Positions 10,119 through 22,200 of a DNA stretch of 64,000 nt are shown piece after piece. The stretch comes from Syntrophorhabdaceae bacterium (GTDB lineage: Bacteria > Desulfobacterota > Syntrophorhabdia > Syntrophorhabdales > Syntrophorhabdaceae): NCBI GenBank assembly GCA_963666485.2, contig CAXXUO010000009.1, forward strand, positions 384,001 to 448,000, read 5' to 3'. The number at the start of each line of letters is the position of its first letter. Position 1 is the stretch's first letter. Both the position numbers and the translations under genes were made by a program. The notes beneath the pieces were generated by a model, which worked only from the letters and a program-made list of their open reading frames with translations, was not told the DNA's origin and searched no databases.

Positions 10119-10341
10119 AATAGGGATCACAAAAAAATAAACAACTGCCGCGTCGTTTATATTTCATTTGCGTTACCGTTGCCGGACATGTCATCCCGGC
10201 GCTTGACGCCGTTCAACGTTTTGTTTCTTTAGACACTTTTTGAGCCAACCTCACTCATCCACATCATGCTCCCCTTAAAAAATAAAACAATCAGGTTGCA
10301 TCAATGGCCAACAATGTATAAAAAATAGAGAGGTGTATAAC

Positions 10342-10903
10342 ATGAAATCTATCAAGACAAGAATTTTATGTACGGCAATAATGGCAATAACCGCCCTGTT
10401 TCTTACCGGGCTGGATGGGGCGCTTGCGGCAACCGGCGAGGAGATCGAGCGTGATGCCCAAAGAGTGTTGACCCGCCTGTATTCAAAAGTACCTGCCGCG
10501 AAAGCGCTCGGCGAAAAAGCGAAAGCCGTATTGGTGTTCCCTTCCATAAAAAAAGCCGGTCTTATTGTCGGCGGGCAGTATGGGGAGGGGGGTACTTTTC
10601 AAAAAAGGGAAACGCGCCGGCTTTTATAACACATCCGGGGCTTCCTACGGCCTGCAGGCCGGTGCGCAGAAATTCGGCTATGCACTCTTTTTCATGACCG
10701 ACGCCGCTGTGGGCTACCTCGATAAGAGCGAGGGCTGGGAACTCGGTACGGCGCCAAACATCGTTATCCTGGATAAGGGGGCGGCATCAGGGATATCGAC
10801 AACCACCGCCCAGTCGGACATGTACGCGTTCTTCTTCGACCAGAAGGGCCTCATGGCGGGCCTTGGGCTGCAGGGAACCAAGATCACGCGCATCAATAAG
10901 TAA
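10342..10903 (+). CDS. SYLF/YSC84-like lipid-binding exported protein (frameshifted at G6 run 10587-10592)
   Basis: AKAVLVFPSIKKAGLIVGGQYGEG in one frame continues as VLFKKGK...ASYGLQAGAQ...GLMAGLGLQGTKITRI in another; removing one G restores the ORF. Confidence 0.85.
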
Positions 10904-10933
10904 CGAACACGGGAGCCAATCGCTGAATGACCC

Positions 10934-13900
10934 TCATCTCCCGTCTCCAACCAGGACGAAACCGCCCCAGAAAAAAAGGGTGGGCTGTGGATATTTTCAG
11001 CCCTCCTATGTCGATAGATCTCCCTATCATATCGAGTTTTGCATCCCGTAATGCTTGAGCCCTGCCCTTCGACGAGATCATCTGGTGAGCTTTGATCATG
11101 AGGTCCCGCGTCGTCTCGCTTTCAACACTCCAGTGGGTTACCAGAACAGACGGCGTGCCTGCAAACATAAAAGATCTCGTCAGGCCCACAAAACCCTCGC
11201 CTTTATCTGTTCCCCCCTCCGCCGCAGATGTGTTGCACGCTGAAAGCGTGACAAGTTCGGCGTGAATATCGAGACCCAGGACCTCGTCCATTTCGAGCAG
11301 TCCATCATTCTTTCCATCCCCGACAAGGCTTAAGACGAGGGATGGCTGGTTCACCTTGAATTCACCGGCAAGCAGTCCATGTGTCGCAATCGTCACGTAC
11401 CGATACGGCTTGAGGTCTATCGTCTTCAGTACCGTCTCCCGGGCATCCTCCCTCAGGAAGGGTTTCTTCTTTGCTTTCAGGGTCATCGCTATCGCCTTGA
11501 CCTCATCCGCGGTCGCCGACAGGCGGGGCAATACCTTGCAAGGATCGGCATCGGTCAGTGAGCCGGACCCCCTCAAGGCCATCAGCGCCAGGTCCGTCCC
11601 CCTGTTGAGAAAGACATCTTTTCCTCCCTTCTTCAATTCCCGGGGGCAGAAAACGGGGTCTGCAAAGGCGACGAGAGGCTCCGACCATTTACCGTAACCA
11701 TCCTTCAAGAACATCCGGACGGAAGAAAGCACGGACACGGAAGGAAGGTAGGATACTGAATAACTTTTCAACAGGAAGGGGATGCGGCCGTAGTCTGAGG
11801 AACGTATGGCTTTACTCAGGGTGAAACCTTCATATTTCCTGATAAGTTCCTCTGTCTCCGGGCCGTCCTTGACGAGCGTTTCGAAGGGAAGTGTATAGAG
11901 GACATCGTGCGCTGAAATGTAGATGATCTGCGCACCCTGTATATGTTTTTCAACGGATCTGACGAGAACACCGTATAGTTCGTTGGCCGCTTTCACGTTA
12001 TAAGCTGCAAGGTCGTCGGGATTCCCCGTTCTCCCCACTTTTTCCAGTGAATATTTGTAGGACCGTATCTTGCTTCGCAGCTCATTGCTCTTTATATCGG
12101 TAACCGCAATATGGACATCCCCGGCCGTAATAACCCAGGCTATAAGATTTTCCTCGGTAATGAAGTAGGAGATGATAATTTCACCCGGTTTCAGGACATT
12201 CTCCTGCAGCTCCTTTATTGTCTTCGGCCTTGGTTTTTTAAGATCGGCATATTCAGGGAAATTTGATTCAATCTCGCGTTCGAGGACCGCGAGCCGGGTT
12301 TCCGTGGCGATCAAGTCCTTTTCGAAGGTCTTGATCAGGTTCTGGTCCCGCCTGGCCTCCGGCTTATTGAATGCCTCTGTAAGATGGTTCCTGTATTGCG
12401 TTAGATTGTCCACCAGGTCCCGTTCCCTGTTGACGTATTGCCCGATCCGTGGATTGCTTCTTCCGATCACGCGCCGCGCACTCGCCTTTGCCAGCATCTC
12501 CTGGAATGTTCGTGCCTTCGCCTGTTCGGAGACATAAAACGCCTGGATGCCGTCCTCAAGGTGCGACCCTTTTCTGTAACTCCTGATCAAAAGAGATATT
12601 AGTGCTTCATAGGGTTTTGACCGCCGTGCGAAAAACGTCAGTTTATGCTCTTCCGAGGTGAGTTTGCTTCGCATGGATTCCATGGCGTCGATAGAGGCCA
12701 TGTAAGCTTTCTTGGCCTTTTCAATCTCACCCTGCCGTTCATAAATGGTCCCTTTATTCAAATGGATCGCGGCAATATACTCGAGCGCATGGATCCGAGC
12801 GTACACCCTGATAGCCTGATCATAGGAGGCCAGGGCGCCCTCGTAGTCATTGCGCGGCTCGTAGAAAGACAGCGCCATATATTGGTATGTCCTTCCGAGG
12901 GACATAAGGTCGCCGATGGATTCCCATACCTTCACCGTTTCCTGGAATGTCTGCAGACATTCCTTATCCTGGCCAAGGGCTGCCTGCGCACGAAACTTAT
13001 GGTGCAGCGCCAGACCTGTCCACTCTTTCTCTCCCATGGATGAAGAGGCCAGTTCAAGCGCCCTGTCTGCCCACTGCAAGGACAGCTGATAATGAGGCAG
13101 CCTCTCTTCGGCCGGGATGACCGCCCCGAGTTCCTGGTTAAGCTGACTGAGCGCCCTCATGATGTATCCCTGCCGCCATCGGTCATTGACCTGTATGGCG
13201 CATTCAAGGGCCTGGCGCTCGTATTCGATCGCTTCCCTGTACAACTTTGCCTTCGATGCGCTGCCGTTACCCGTTGATGACCAGTCGGCCAGTTTTTCCG
13301 TGCATAGACCGAGGTGGTTAAGCGCCCTGGCCCTGGCTTGCGCCCTCATGCCGGCATCGGCAATAAGGCCGGCGGTCTCCAGCGCTTTCTTGTGATATTC
13401 GATCGCCTTGTCGTAATCACCCAGCTGCCTGTAGAAGAACCCCAGGTAATCATTGAACCTGGCTATATAGACCGGGTCCCGGCCTTTTTCCGCAAGATGA
13501 ACGGCCCGCGTATAAGATTCATGGGCACCTCCGAAATCTGCGGAAGCCACATAAATGTCCCCCAGCTGGCAAAGCGCCCTTCCCATTTCACGCCAGTCCT
13601 CCTCGGGCCTGAAGATCGCCAGCGACTTCTTGTAGAACTCTATTGCCTTCGAGTAGTCCTTTCTCCGTTCGTAAGCATCACCCAGGTCGATAAGCGCCTG
13701 GCCCTGCCCTGCCCTGTCACCCGCATCCCTTGAAAGAAGCAGCGCCTTATTATGGGTCCTTATGGCCTCATCGTAGTTGGCCATTTTTCTTTCCGCCTGG
13801 CCAAGATAGTGCAGGGTTTCCGCTTCCCCTGCGGTATCGGACAACTGGCGATAAAGGCCAATGGCTTTTTTCGCGGGAGCCGGGACACCCCCATAAAGGC

Positions 13901-14363
13901 CCTCGTTAAACGCAGCCGCGGCAACAGATGAAAGACGGTCTGCTTCCGCCTTCGCCGCGCGTTGAGGCGGGGACCACGATTGATACAGTTTTACCCTGCG
14001 GATGAGAAGATCGTCCTTCGAAAGCTCCTGATTGAGTTTTGCAATGGTCAGGGCAAAAGACAGTGATCCTTCTTTTTTGGCGGCTTCCGGCTTTAGATCT
14101 CTAAAATAGTTACGGACCAGTTCATCGGCCAGCGGGCACAAAAGATCGATGTGCGATGCAGACAATTGCCTCATTCTCCTGACGTCCCCGGCCTGATATG
14201 CCCGGGTGACCTGGTCTTTGAACTCGTCAAATGTCAGTTTTGAACCCGGTGCGGGCCCTGACCACGCAACAGGGATATTCATAAGGATGAGGACAACCAG
14301 AATAACGGCAGATTGCGTAAGTGTCTTTATAAGGCTCCGGACCTTATACCCGAACATTTTCAC
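10934..14363 (-). CDS. Signal-peptide TPR + CHAT (caspase-like) protease; terminal frameshift at A7 run 10971-10977
   Basis: Many TPR helices; catalytic IATHG and LSACNT; removing one base gives the canonical HPFFWGGFVLVGDG end with stop at 10934-10936. Confidence 0.9.
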
Positions 14364-14762
14364 GGCCTCTCAAGCTGAAATCAACAACCTCTTCTCTTTT
14401 CTTTTGACATATTTTAAACGGTTTTTGTTCCCCGGCCATGGCATCTTTTCCCGCCTGAGCGTGAATTCCCAAAACATCCTCGTGACCTTTGAAATATTAC
14501 CACGAAGCATACACACATGATGCCGGTTATTTGATCAAAATACCGGGAATATCCGGATCTTTTTCAGCGTCCCCGTGTTTTTCCCGGCATCGGATAAAGA
14601 ATAAAAAGGGGTATAGTAATATTCAACTAACTTTGCTAGAATGAATCCGTACACGTTCACGCTCCTTTTCCGTGTTTCTTTCTCTTTCACGTGCTCGATC
14701 GGGGTTTCGCCACATTTGTCTTAAAATTCGCTGCTATATTAATAAAAAGGGGGAGTACGTAT

Positions 14763-15878
14763 ATGGAGAATGTGAAAAAAGGGAAGCAGGGGACGACCGC
14801 GGCAAACCAGTTTATCGACACCATGACCCTCGTCAATAAGTCGTATGTGTATGAATTCGCCAGCGATGCATATTGCCGGGACCATGGGAGAAAAAGGAAG
14901 GATGTCGTCGGGTATTCCGTCGGGCACGTGTTCGGTGAAGCAAATTTCAACAAATTTATCAAGAAGCACCTGGACCAGTGTTTCGCCGGCCATGTCGTCA
15001 GGTACGAAAACTGGCTGGACATCCCGGGAGAGGAGCCCCGGTTCTACCGCGTCAGCTATTCGCCGTATTTCGATGCCCAGGGAAAGATCACACACGCGGT
15101 CGTATCTTCGGTAGATATCACCAGCAGCAAACGGGAAGAAGAATCACTCGAAAAGAGTCACGCCGCATTTAAAAATATCCTTCAAAATATGCATTATGGG
15201 CTTTTTACTTTCGATACCGAAGGCAAATTCACTTTTATCAACGACATTCTTGTAAAGAGGTCCGGGTATCCCCGGGAGTGGTACATCGGGAAAAGCCTTT
15301 TCGATGTTGTCCGTCCGGAGGAAAAGGAGAGTGTTAGAGAACATTTCCAGGCCACTGTCCGCGGTGAGCAGGTGGAGCCGTACGAATTTGGCTTCAAAAA
15401 AGCTGCCGATGACATCGCGTGGGCCCATATCAGCACCACCGCCATTCGCGATGGTGGTAAAATAGTCGGGGTCCTGGGGGTCGTTCTCGACATCACGAAA
15501 CGCGTACAATCCGATCATGCCCTTGCGATCAGCGAAAAGAAGTACCGGAACCTTTTCGAGGATTCGCTGGACGCCATTTTTATAACGGACGAAAAGGGAC
15601 GGCTGACCGACGTCAACCCGTCTTTTCTCAAGCTTTTCGGGTACACCAAGGAAGAGGCGCAGAAAATGCGCGCGATCGACACATACGTCAATCGTGATGA
15701 GTGCAAGCAGTATGTTAAGGCGATCAACGAGAAGGGATTTGTCGACAAATTTACAGTAAAGCTGAAAAAGAAGAACGGGTCCATCATGACGTGCCTGCTC
15801 AACGGCACGCCCCTGCGCGCCCCGGACGGTAAAATAACGGGCTACCAGGGCGTTGCAAGAGAGATAGACAAGCGTTAA
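14763..15878 (+). CDS. Tandem triple-PAS protein with no output domain
   Basis: Three PAS/PAC units ending ...VDIT, ...LDITKR, ...VAREI; stop right after the last PAC. Confidence 0.85.
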   Translation: MENVKKGKQGTTAANQFIDTMTLVNKSYVYEFASDAYCRDHGRKRKDVVGYSVGHVFGEANFNKFIKKHLDQCFAGHVVRYENWLDIPGEEPRFYRVSYSPYFDAQGKITHAVVSSVDITSSKREEESLEKSHAAFKNILQNMHYGLFTFDTEGKFTFINDILVKRSGYPREWYIGKSLFDVVRPEEKESVREHFQATVRGEQVEPYEFGFKKAADDIAWAHISTTAIRDGGKIVGVLGVVLDITKRVQSDHALAISEKKYRNLFEDSLDAIFITDEKGRLTDVNPSFLKLFGYTKEEAQKMRAIDTYVNRDECKQYVKAINEKGFVDKFTVKLKKKNGSIMTCLLNGTPLRAPDGKITGYQGVAREIDKR

Positions 15879-15901
15879 ACAAGACAGGATGATATCATGG
15901 A

Positions 15902-15961
15902 CGGGCCTTGTGTTCGGTCATTGATCCCGAATGATCGAAATGCAAGGCCCTGTTTGTTTTT
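15902..15961 (+). terminator. Rho-independent terminator
   Basis: GGGCCTTG..TTCGGTCATT / AATGATCGAA..CAAGGCCC stem followed by TGTTTGTTTTT. Confidence 0.7.
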
Positions 15962-16054
15962 CTTATTTCCCGCATCCCTCATATTGATTGTAGGAAGTTT
16001 CTGACGACCATGATATACTGACCGTGTTTCAGGCGTCTTATTTCGTGAACCCAA

Positions 16055-16990
16055 ATGAATATGTTAGTTCGACCGTATAAAGTCATTGCTATTTCAGCGC
16101 TATTTGCGCTTCTTTCGCTCGTTGTTTCAGGCTGTGAAAGCAAATATGAGCATTTGGATCTGGGCGCCTATCAATACCGCGACACAAAAGACCTCGTTAA
16201 GTTCGTGTATGATGCCTCGCTCATTCTGAAAAAAGGCGGTCTGAAAAGCCTGAAGCATTTCCAGGAAAACCGCAGGCTCTATCTTACGCCGGAGCGCTAC
16301 CTTTACATCTACAATACAAATGGGACCAATATTTTCCATGCGGGGATGCCGCACCTCGAAGGTAAAAACCTTCTGGACCTCACTGACAAAAATGGCAAAA
16401 AACCGCTGCGAATGGTGATTGCCGCACTGGATGACCCCGTCAATCCGCACGCCTGGGTCCATTATTCCTGGTGGGAACCCGGTAAATTCTATCCGATCCC
16501 CAAATCATCCTGCCATTTTAAAGTTGTAACACCCGAAGGAGTGGTGTTGTTCGTTGGCGGTGGCCTGGATTATCCCCATGAAGAAAAAGAATTTATCAGG
16601 ATCATCGTTGATGGCGCGGTCCGGTTAATTGAAGAAAAGGGCAGGGCCGCACTTCCCCGGATAGAAGAGCCGGCCTCGCAATACAGTTTTCGCGACGTGA
16701 AAGTGTTTGTTTTTACCCGAACGGGAAAATTGCTGATATCCCCCGTGATGGGTGATAGCCTGGCGGACCTGAAGCTGCTCGACTGCGTGGATGAGATGGG
16801 CCATAAACCGTTCGAGAAAGCGCTCGGTAGATTGCAAAAGGGTAAAGATGCTGTCTGGGAGGTCTTTCTGGCGAAGAACCGGTACGAGCGAATACTTATC
16901 AAGAAGGCCCTGTACCTGCGCAAAACACATATTGCCGGTGAAGAGATCTACGTGGGAGCGATAACCGACCTTCCCCAGCCACCGGGATAA
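16055..16990 (+). CDS. Lipoprotein with two Cache-like domains
   Basis: Lipobox VSGC; YLYIY...H...PHLEGKNLLDLTDKNGK...WVHYSW..PG...PKSS (single Cache type) plus a second repeat (LLDCVDEMGHK). Confidence 0.75.
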   Translation: MNMLVRPYKVIAISALFALLSLVVSGCESKYEHLDLGAYQYRDTKDLVKFVYDASLILKKGGLKSLKHFQENRRLYLTPERYLYIYNTNGTNIFHAGMPHLEGKNLLDLTDKNGKKPLRMVIAALDDPVNPHAWVHYSWWEPGKFYPIPKSSCHFKVVTPEGVVLFVGGGLDYPHEEKEFIRIIVDGAVRLIEEKGRAALPRIEEPASQYSFRDVKVFVFTRTGKLLISPVMGDSLADLKLLDCVDEMGHKPFEKALGRLQKGKDAVWEVFLAKNRYERILIKKALYLRKTHIAGEEIYVGAITDLPQPPG

Positions 16991-17002
16991 CTGAGACGGA
17001 GA

Positions 17003-18361
17003 ATGACAGGCCATAAACATTACGAATATTCGGTAAACGAAGTCCCTCCGCTGGGGCATCTATTGCTGTCGGCATTCCAGCATGTCCTTATCATGATCGT
17101 TGCTATCGGCATACCGGTGATCTTTGCCGGTCAGATCAACGAAACGCCGGAATTTACCGCTACGCTCGTGACTTTTTCGATGCTTGCCTCGGGTATCGGC
17201 TCGATCTTGCAGGCCTTGCGGCTGCCTTTTCTGGGTTCCGGCTATCTATGCCCCAATCTCTGTGGCCCTTCTTTTCTGAGCCTTTCCCTTTCCGCCGCGT
17301 GGGTCGGCGGCCTGCCCCTGATGCGCGGCATTACCGTGGTGGCCGGCCTGGTCGAGGTGCTGCTTGCCCCGGTCATCCAAAAGCTGAAAAGCGTATTCCC
17401 AATCTATATTGTCGGGCTTGTTGTCGCACTGGTCGGGATCAGCATCATTTCGATCTCGATAACATCCTTCTTTGGCCTGAGCCTTCAAAGGGACGCGATA
17501 AACAATGCGGACATCATAATCGGCACCGTTTCATTATTGATAATGATCTTCTGCAATCTATGGGGGAAGGGTTTTATCAGGATCTATTGCCTCATTATCG
17601 GCATGTTCTCGGGGTGGATCCTGGCCCTGATAGTAGTTCCCGAGTACTGGCACAACCTTCAGTTGCTCAAAAACAGCCCGCTTTTCGCCCTGCCCCAATT
17701 CAGTGCGCTCTTCCATCCGATCACGCTGCGCCTTGACCTCATGATCCCTCTGATCGTTATCGCGATAGGCAGCACCCTGAAAACCTTCGGCAATCTCCTG
17801 GCTGCGCAGAAGTTCTCGGAGCCGGAACTCGACAGCGTCAACTATGTTCCGATTCGTAACGGTATTGTGGCGGATGGACTGGCGACCGCCCTGTCAGGAT
17901 TGCTCGGGGCCATGGCAGTCGACACATCGTCCAGCAACATCGGACTGGCGGGAGCCACCCGGGTTCTGAGCAGGTCGATCGGCATCGTAGCAGGTATCAT
18001 TTTTATCGTGCTTGCATTTTTTCCGATGTTGACAAACGCCCTTGCACTTATGCCAAAACCCGTTCTTGGCGCCGCGCTCATTTTCAGCGGTTGTTTCATG
18101 ATCTGCGCGGGGCTGCAGCAGATGCTCGGCGAGAATTGGGATCCACATAAAACCTTCGTGGTTGGCATCGCATTATTTTTTGGCCTGAGCACCGCATTTC
18201 TCCCTTCTCTTTACGCCCGGGCACCACAGATCATACAAACGTTCTTCACCGATCCGCTGCCGACCACAACGATCCTCGCTGTTTTACTTCATCAGGTTTT
18301 TCACCTCGATACAGCGTTCAAGAAAATAAGGAATGCGCTGGCGCGCAAGAAACTTTCATAA
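17003..18361 (+). CDS. NCS2 (xanthine/uracil/ascorbate) family permease
   Basis: QH motif in TM1 (AFQHVLIM), NAT-like motif SSNIGLAGATRVLSR, many TM helices. Confidence 0.85.
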   Translation: MTGHKHYEYSVNEVPPLGHLLLSAFQHVLIMIVAIGIPVIFAGQINETPEFTATLVTFSMLASGIGSILQALRLPFLGSGYLCPNLCGPSFLSLSLSAAWVGGLPLMRGITVVAGLVEVLLAPVIQKLKSVFPIYIVGLVVALVGISIISISITSFFGLSLQRDAINNADIIIGTVSLLIMIFCNLWGKGFIRIYCLIIGMFSGWILALIVVPEYWHNLQLLKNSPLFALPQFSALFHPITLRLDLMIPLIVIAIGSTLKTFGNLLAAQKFSEPELDSVNYVPIRNGIVADGLATALSGLLGAMAVDTSSSNIGLAGATRVLSRSIGIVAGIIFIVLAFFPMLTNALALMPKPVLGAALIFSGCFMICAGLQQMLGENWDPHKTFVVGIALFFGLSTAFLPSLYARAPQIIQTFFTDPLPTTTILAVLLHQVFHLDTAFKKIRNALARKKLS

Positions 18362-18398
18362 CGGAAGCCGAAACTGGGGACCTTCTGACGTTCATGCA

Positions 18399-19136
18399 TC
18401 ACTTATCCTGAAAGGCCGCATTTGCCAACCACACATGGTTCAGTTCAGCATATCGTCTGTCATTTGTGCGCCTTTTCCGTACAGGCTGCGCCGGCGAACC
18501 GCTTACGACCATTCCCGTCTCAACGTCGCGGGCCACGATGGATTTAGCGGAAACGATCGCCCCATCGCCAACAGTGACGCCCGCAAGGATGGTTGAGTCG
18601 GAGTAGATCAGGGCGTAATTGCCTATGGTCACTTTCGCATATGAGCGGGCCTCATGGTTAGATTCGGAATGAGAATGGGTGAATATCTGAACATTTTCAG
18701 CCAACCCCACACCGTCCCCCATTTCAACGCCCCCCTTTGAATCAATATACACTCCACGGTTGAAAAAAACGTCGTTACCAAGTTCGATGCCCTGTCCGAA
18801 ATTGAAGCGACAGTTTTCCTCTGCAATAAAATTTTTTCCGCATTTCTTGAAAAGAGCCCCGGCGATCACCCGCCGGAATGGTATGGCAAAATCTACATTG
18901 AGGCAGATCGGGCTTTTATCAAGGGCATCCCACAGGAAATGAAGATAACGCTGACTATGGGTAAATCCGTACTCAGTGACTTTCGGTAGAACCTCGCTGT
19001 AAAGTCTCAGCTCGCCCAGGGTTTCCAGGGGAAAATTGCGTACACCCATGATCATCAGGATCTCTGCAGTTCCTTTTTCGTCCACACCTGTTTTGATGAT
19101 ATTTTCAACCGTATTGAGACTCTCGCTGATTCCCAT
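18399..19136 (-). CDS. Hexapeptide-repeat (LbH) acyltransferase
   Basis: IELGNDVFFN, VTIGNYALIY..TILAGVTVGDGAIV...VVSGSPA. Confidence 0.85.
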   Translation of the reverse strand: MGISESLNTVENIIKTGVDEKGTAEILMIMGVRNFPLETLGELRLYSEVLPKVTEYGFTHSQRYLHFLWDALDKSPICLNVDFAIPFRRVIAGALFKKCGKNFIAEENCRFNFGQGIELGNDVFFNRGVYIDSKGGVEMGDGVGLAENVQIFTHSHSESNHEARSYAKVTIGNYALIYSDSTILAGVTVGDGAIVSAKSIVARDVETGMVVSGSPAQPVRKRRTNDRRYAELNHVWLANAAFQDK

Positions 19137-19294
19137 AGCCGCTCCTTTAGTACGTCTGCTGTGCCTGCATGTAACAATACTATCACATTACCAAATGGGC
19201 GAACGCAAAATCAGCTCCCCCGGGATCGAGATAGTGCGAACGCAGACGCGAGCATGGGGTCCGACACGCCGCAGGTTTTCATGCCGCGGTTCGG

Positions 19295-22200
19295 TCACAG
19301 ATCCGGGGGATGGAAGTTGTCTGACCCAAAGTTCCCATTGCCGCCATGGTTAACGATGGGGGCCAGCAGACGTTCGGGCATGGTGAACCTGAGCCTGTTC
19401 CGGAGCGTTTGACCATCGGCCCCGACCGGGTTGGCAAAGATGAGACCCATAAACGTTCCAAGATTGGCCGCTCCGGTGGTATTAATCGTATTATGAAGGA
19501 AAAGGGCTTCAGCGTGATCGATCCTTTCCGCAATCTGTTGGGCAGTCTCCAGGTTGTTTACGACCATGTTCAAAGGCACGTACGCAGGCAGGCCCATAGC
19601 GTTGAACTGGAGGGTAACGAGCGTCGCCTGGAAATCCCACAACAAATACTGTAAAAAATTGCCGTTGACCAGGTGTACAAAAGCCTGAAGATTATACCCC
19701 CCTGCAAGCCTTGCCGCCCATCGCCCCATACGGAGTACAAATAAATTTTGGTACGCCTGGGCCCAGATGAGACGAAGATTCCCCTCGTATTGACTGCCCG
19801 GTTCGACATGACCGCCCGTAAACAGGGTAAATATGTGCCTCAGGTGCAATTGCGCTTCGTCGATCTCGTGTTCCCAGACATGGCCTGTCGGGTCGGTGTA
19901 CCGTATCGGGTTGTTCCCCACGTAGCTGTAGGGGTTCAAGGCCTGCGGGTTATGGAGTCCCGGGATGACGGCGTCGGGCGTCAGGAACCGTCCGATCTCC
20001 GGGTCGAAAAGGCGGGACCTGTAATTATAAAGCAGCTCCTCCCGGTCGTATTCCTGTCCCGTATACATGTAATCGGTAGCGGTCAGGGCGGACTTCCCGC
20101 GGCGGAAGGCACCGAACGGAGCATACTCGGTGCTCTCGAGTTTAGCCCCGGCACTGTCGGTCACGAGCGTGGTGCTCCCGAGGTGGTCGTGATGAAACCA
20201 CGCGACATTCCCGTTTTTATCCGTCCTGGCGAACTTGCGGTCGCCGGCGGAGAAGTACGTCACCTTCGAGAACTGATCCACCATGTAGTCCGGGGAAACA
20301 TAATGGTTCCAACCTTTGAGGGCCGCCGATTTAAAATTGTACTTGAACCTGGCCCCCCGGTCGCTGCCCGGCTCGTAGGCGAACTTCACGGTGGCCGCCT
20401 CGATGCCGGCGTAATCGATCTTGTCGATCATTCCGCCTCCCGTGTACGAGGCGAGCCGCCGGGGCGAGAGGTTGAACCACGGTTGCCCGGTAATGTTCCC
20501 CGACGTGTCGCTTGTGACGGCATAGCTGTTGGTCCCCGATGAAACATTCGTGAGCAGGTAGGGACGCTCGGCGCTGTACCTGTAACTGTAACTTTGATAT
20601 TTCTCCTCCCGTCCGGTTATGTTCCCGCCGATGTCGTATGTGTAAGTATAGCTGTCATTGTCTGCGCTGCTCGATTCGTTGAGGAGGCGGTGCACGCTGT
20701 CGTAGGAGTAGGTAAGCGTCTTGCCGTTGACCAGGTCTTTCTTCGTCTTTACGTCCCCCGAGTTGTAATAGGTGTAATCCCAGCCCTGCAGCGGGGTGCC
20801 GCCGGAGGTGGTCGTCGACATGGACTTGAGCCGTGAGCTTTCCGGGTAATAGGAATAGTCGGTCCTCGTGCTGTTCGCATAGGTGATGGACTCCATCCGT
20901 TTCCCGGCTGTATAGGTAAACCCGGCCGTCTGGCCGCGCGGTAGAGTTACGGCGCTGATGAGCTGCGTTCCCGGGACATAGTCGTAATAGACGACGGCGC
21001 CGTCCGGGTGGGTTGTCGAATCGAGCCGGCCCGCCGTGTCATACGCATAGGATGTAGAGTAGTTCATCGGGAAACTGAAGGGGGAGAGCGACATTGTCTT
21101 GTCTTCCCGCGTTACCCTTCCCATCGCGTCGTAATTGCAGGTATACCCGATGCCGTCGCTGTGCCAGGACGTGTAGACGCGCCCCTTCCCGTTCGCCACG
21201 TTGGGGTTGTCCCAGGTGTGATCGATCGTCCTCGTCTGCCCGCCCGCCTTCACGTACTCGATCCTTGTTATACGGTTCATGGCATCGTAGGCGTAGTTCA
21301 CGGTCTCGCCGGACGGGCCGGTCTCCTGTATGAGGTTGCCGTTGTTGTCATAGAGCGGGTATGTCCAGTTGTCGCCGGCCGGCCCTTTCATGGATGTCCT
21401 CATGCCCCTTAAGTCATAGGTGAACGTGGCTTTCGATTTCTCTCCCGGGGGGCCGGTGATGCTTGTCGGATCGCCAGCAGCATTGTAGGTATAATACGTG
21501 GGCGAGCCGTTGCCGTCGGTTTTCTTGATGATCCTGCCGATATCATCCAGAAATTCATGGGTCACATTACCATCCGGGTCGGTAATCTTCACCGTGCGCA
21601 GGTCGGGGTATTCGTATTTGGTATCGGCAGTCTCGATGAGCCAGGGGTATTTCTGGTTGATGCTTTTCCTGGTCGCCGCCAGCCTGCCCTTGTCATCATA
21701 CGTGGTCCATTGGCGAAGGCAGCCCTTGATGCCGAGATCGCAGTAACCGGACAGGTACGGGTTTGCGATGAAAGCAGGGGTGTTTGCCGGGTAGGGCCCG
21801 ATCGAGTAATTTAAGCGTCCTGCATAATCGTAATGCATGTTCGTTATCGAGAAGGAACCGGTCCCGATGGGCCTCGCGGATCCGACCACCTTACCGAAGC
21901 CATCAAAATAATCTTTGGAGACAAACTCCCATATCCCGCCCGCCTTGATCTCCTTGAGCACGGACCGGGGGGTCGCGGCCCCGGTGTAATCGGTATACAC
22001 AAAATGGTCCGCGCCCCCGTCAGGATAATCCGTATAGCTCAACCGGCCAAATTCGTCATACGTGTAAAAGGTCTCATTCCCGTTCACGTCCCTTCTCGTC
22101 TTTATCCGGCCGAACCTGTCGTAATCATATGCCCGTGCAGCGGTGAGTCCATTGGGCGTCGTGATCTTTTTCGGGTAAAGCCGCAGGGAATCATCGTACT

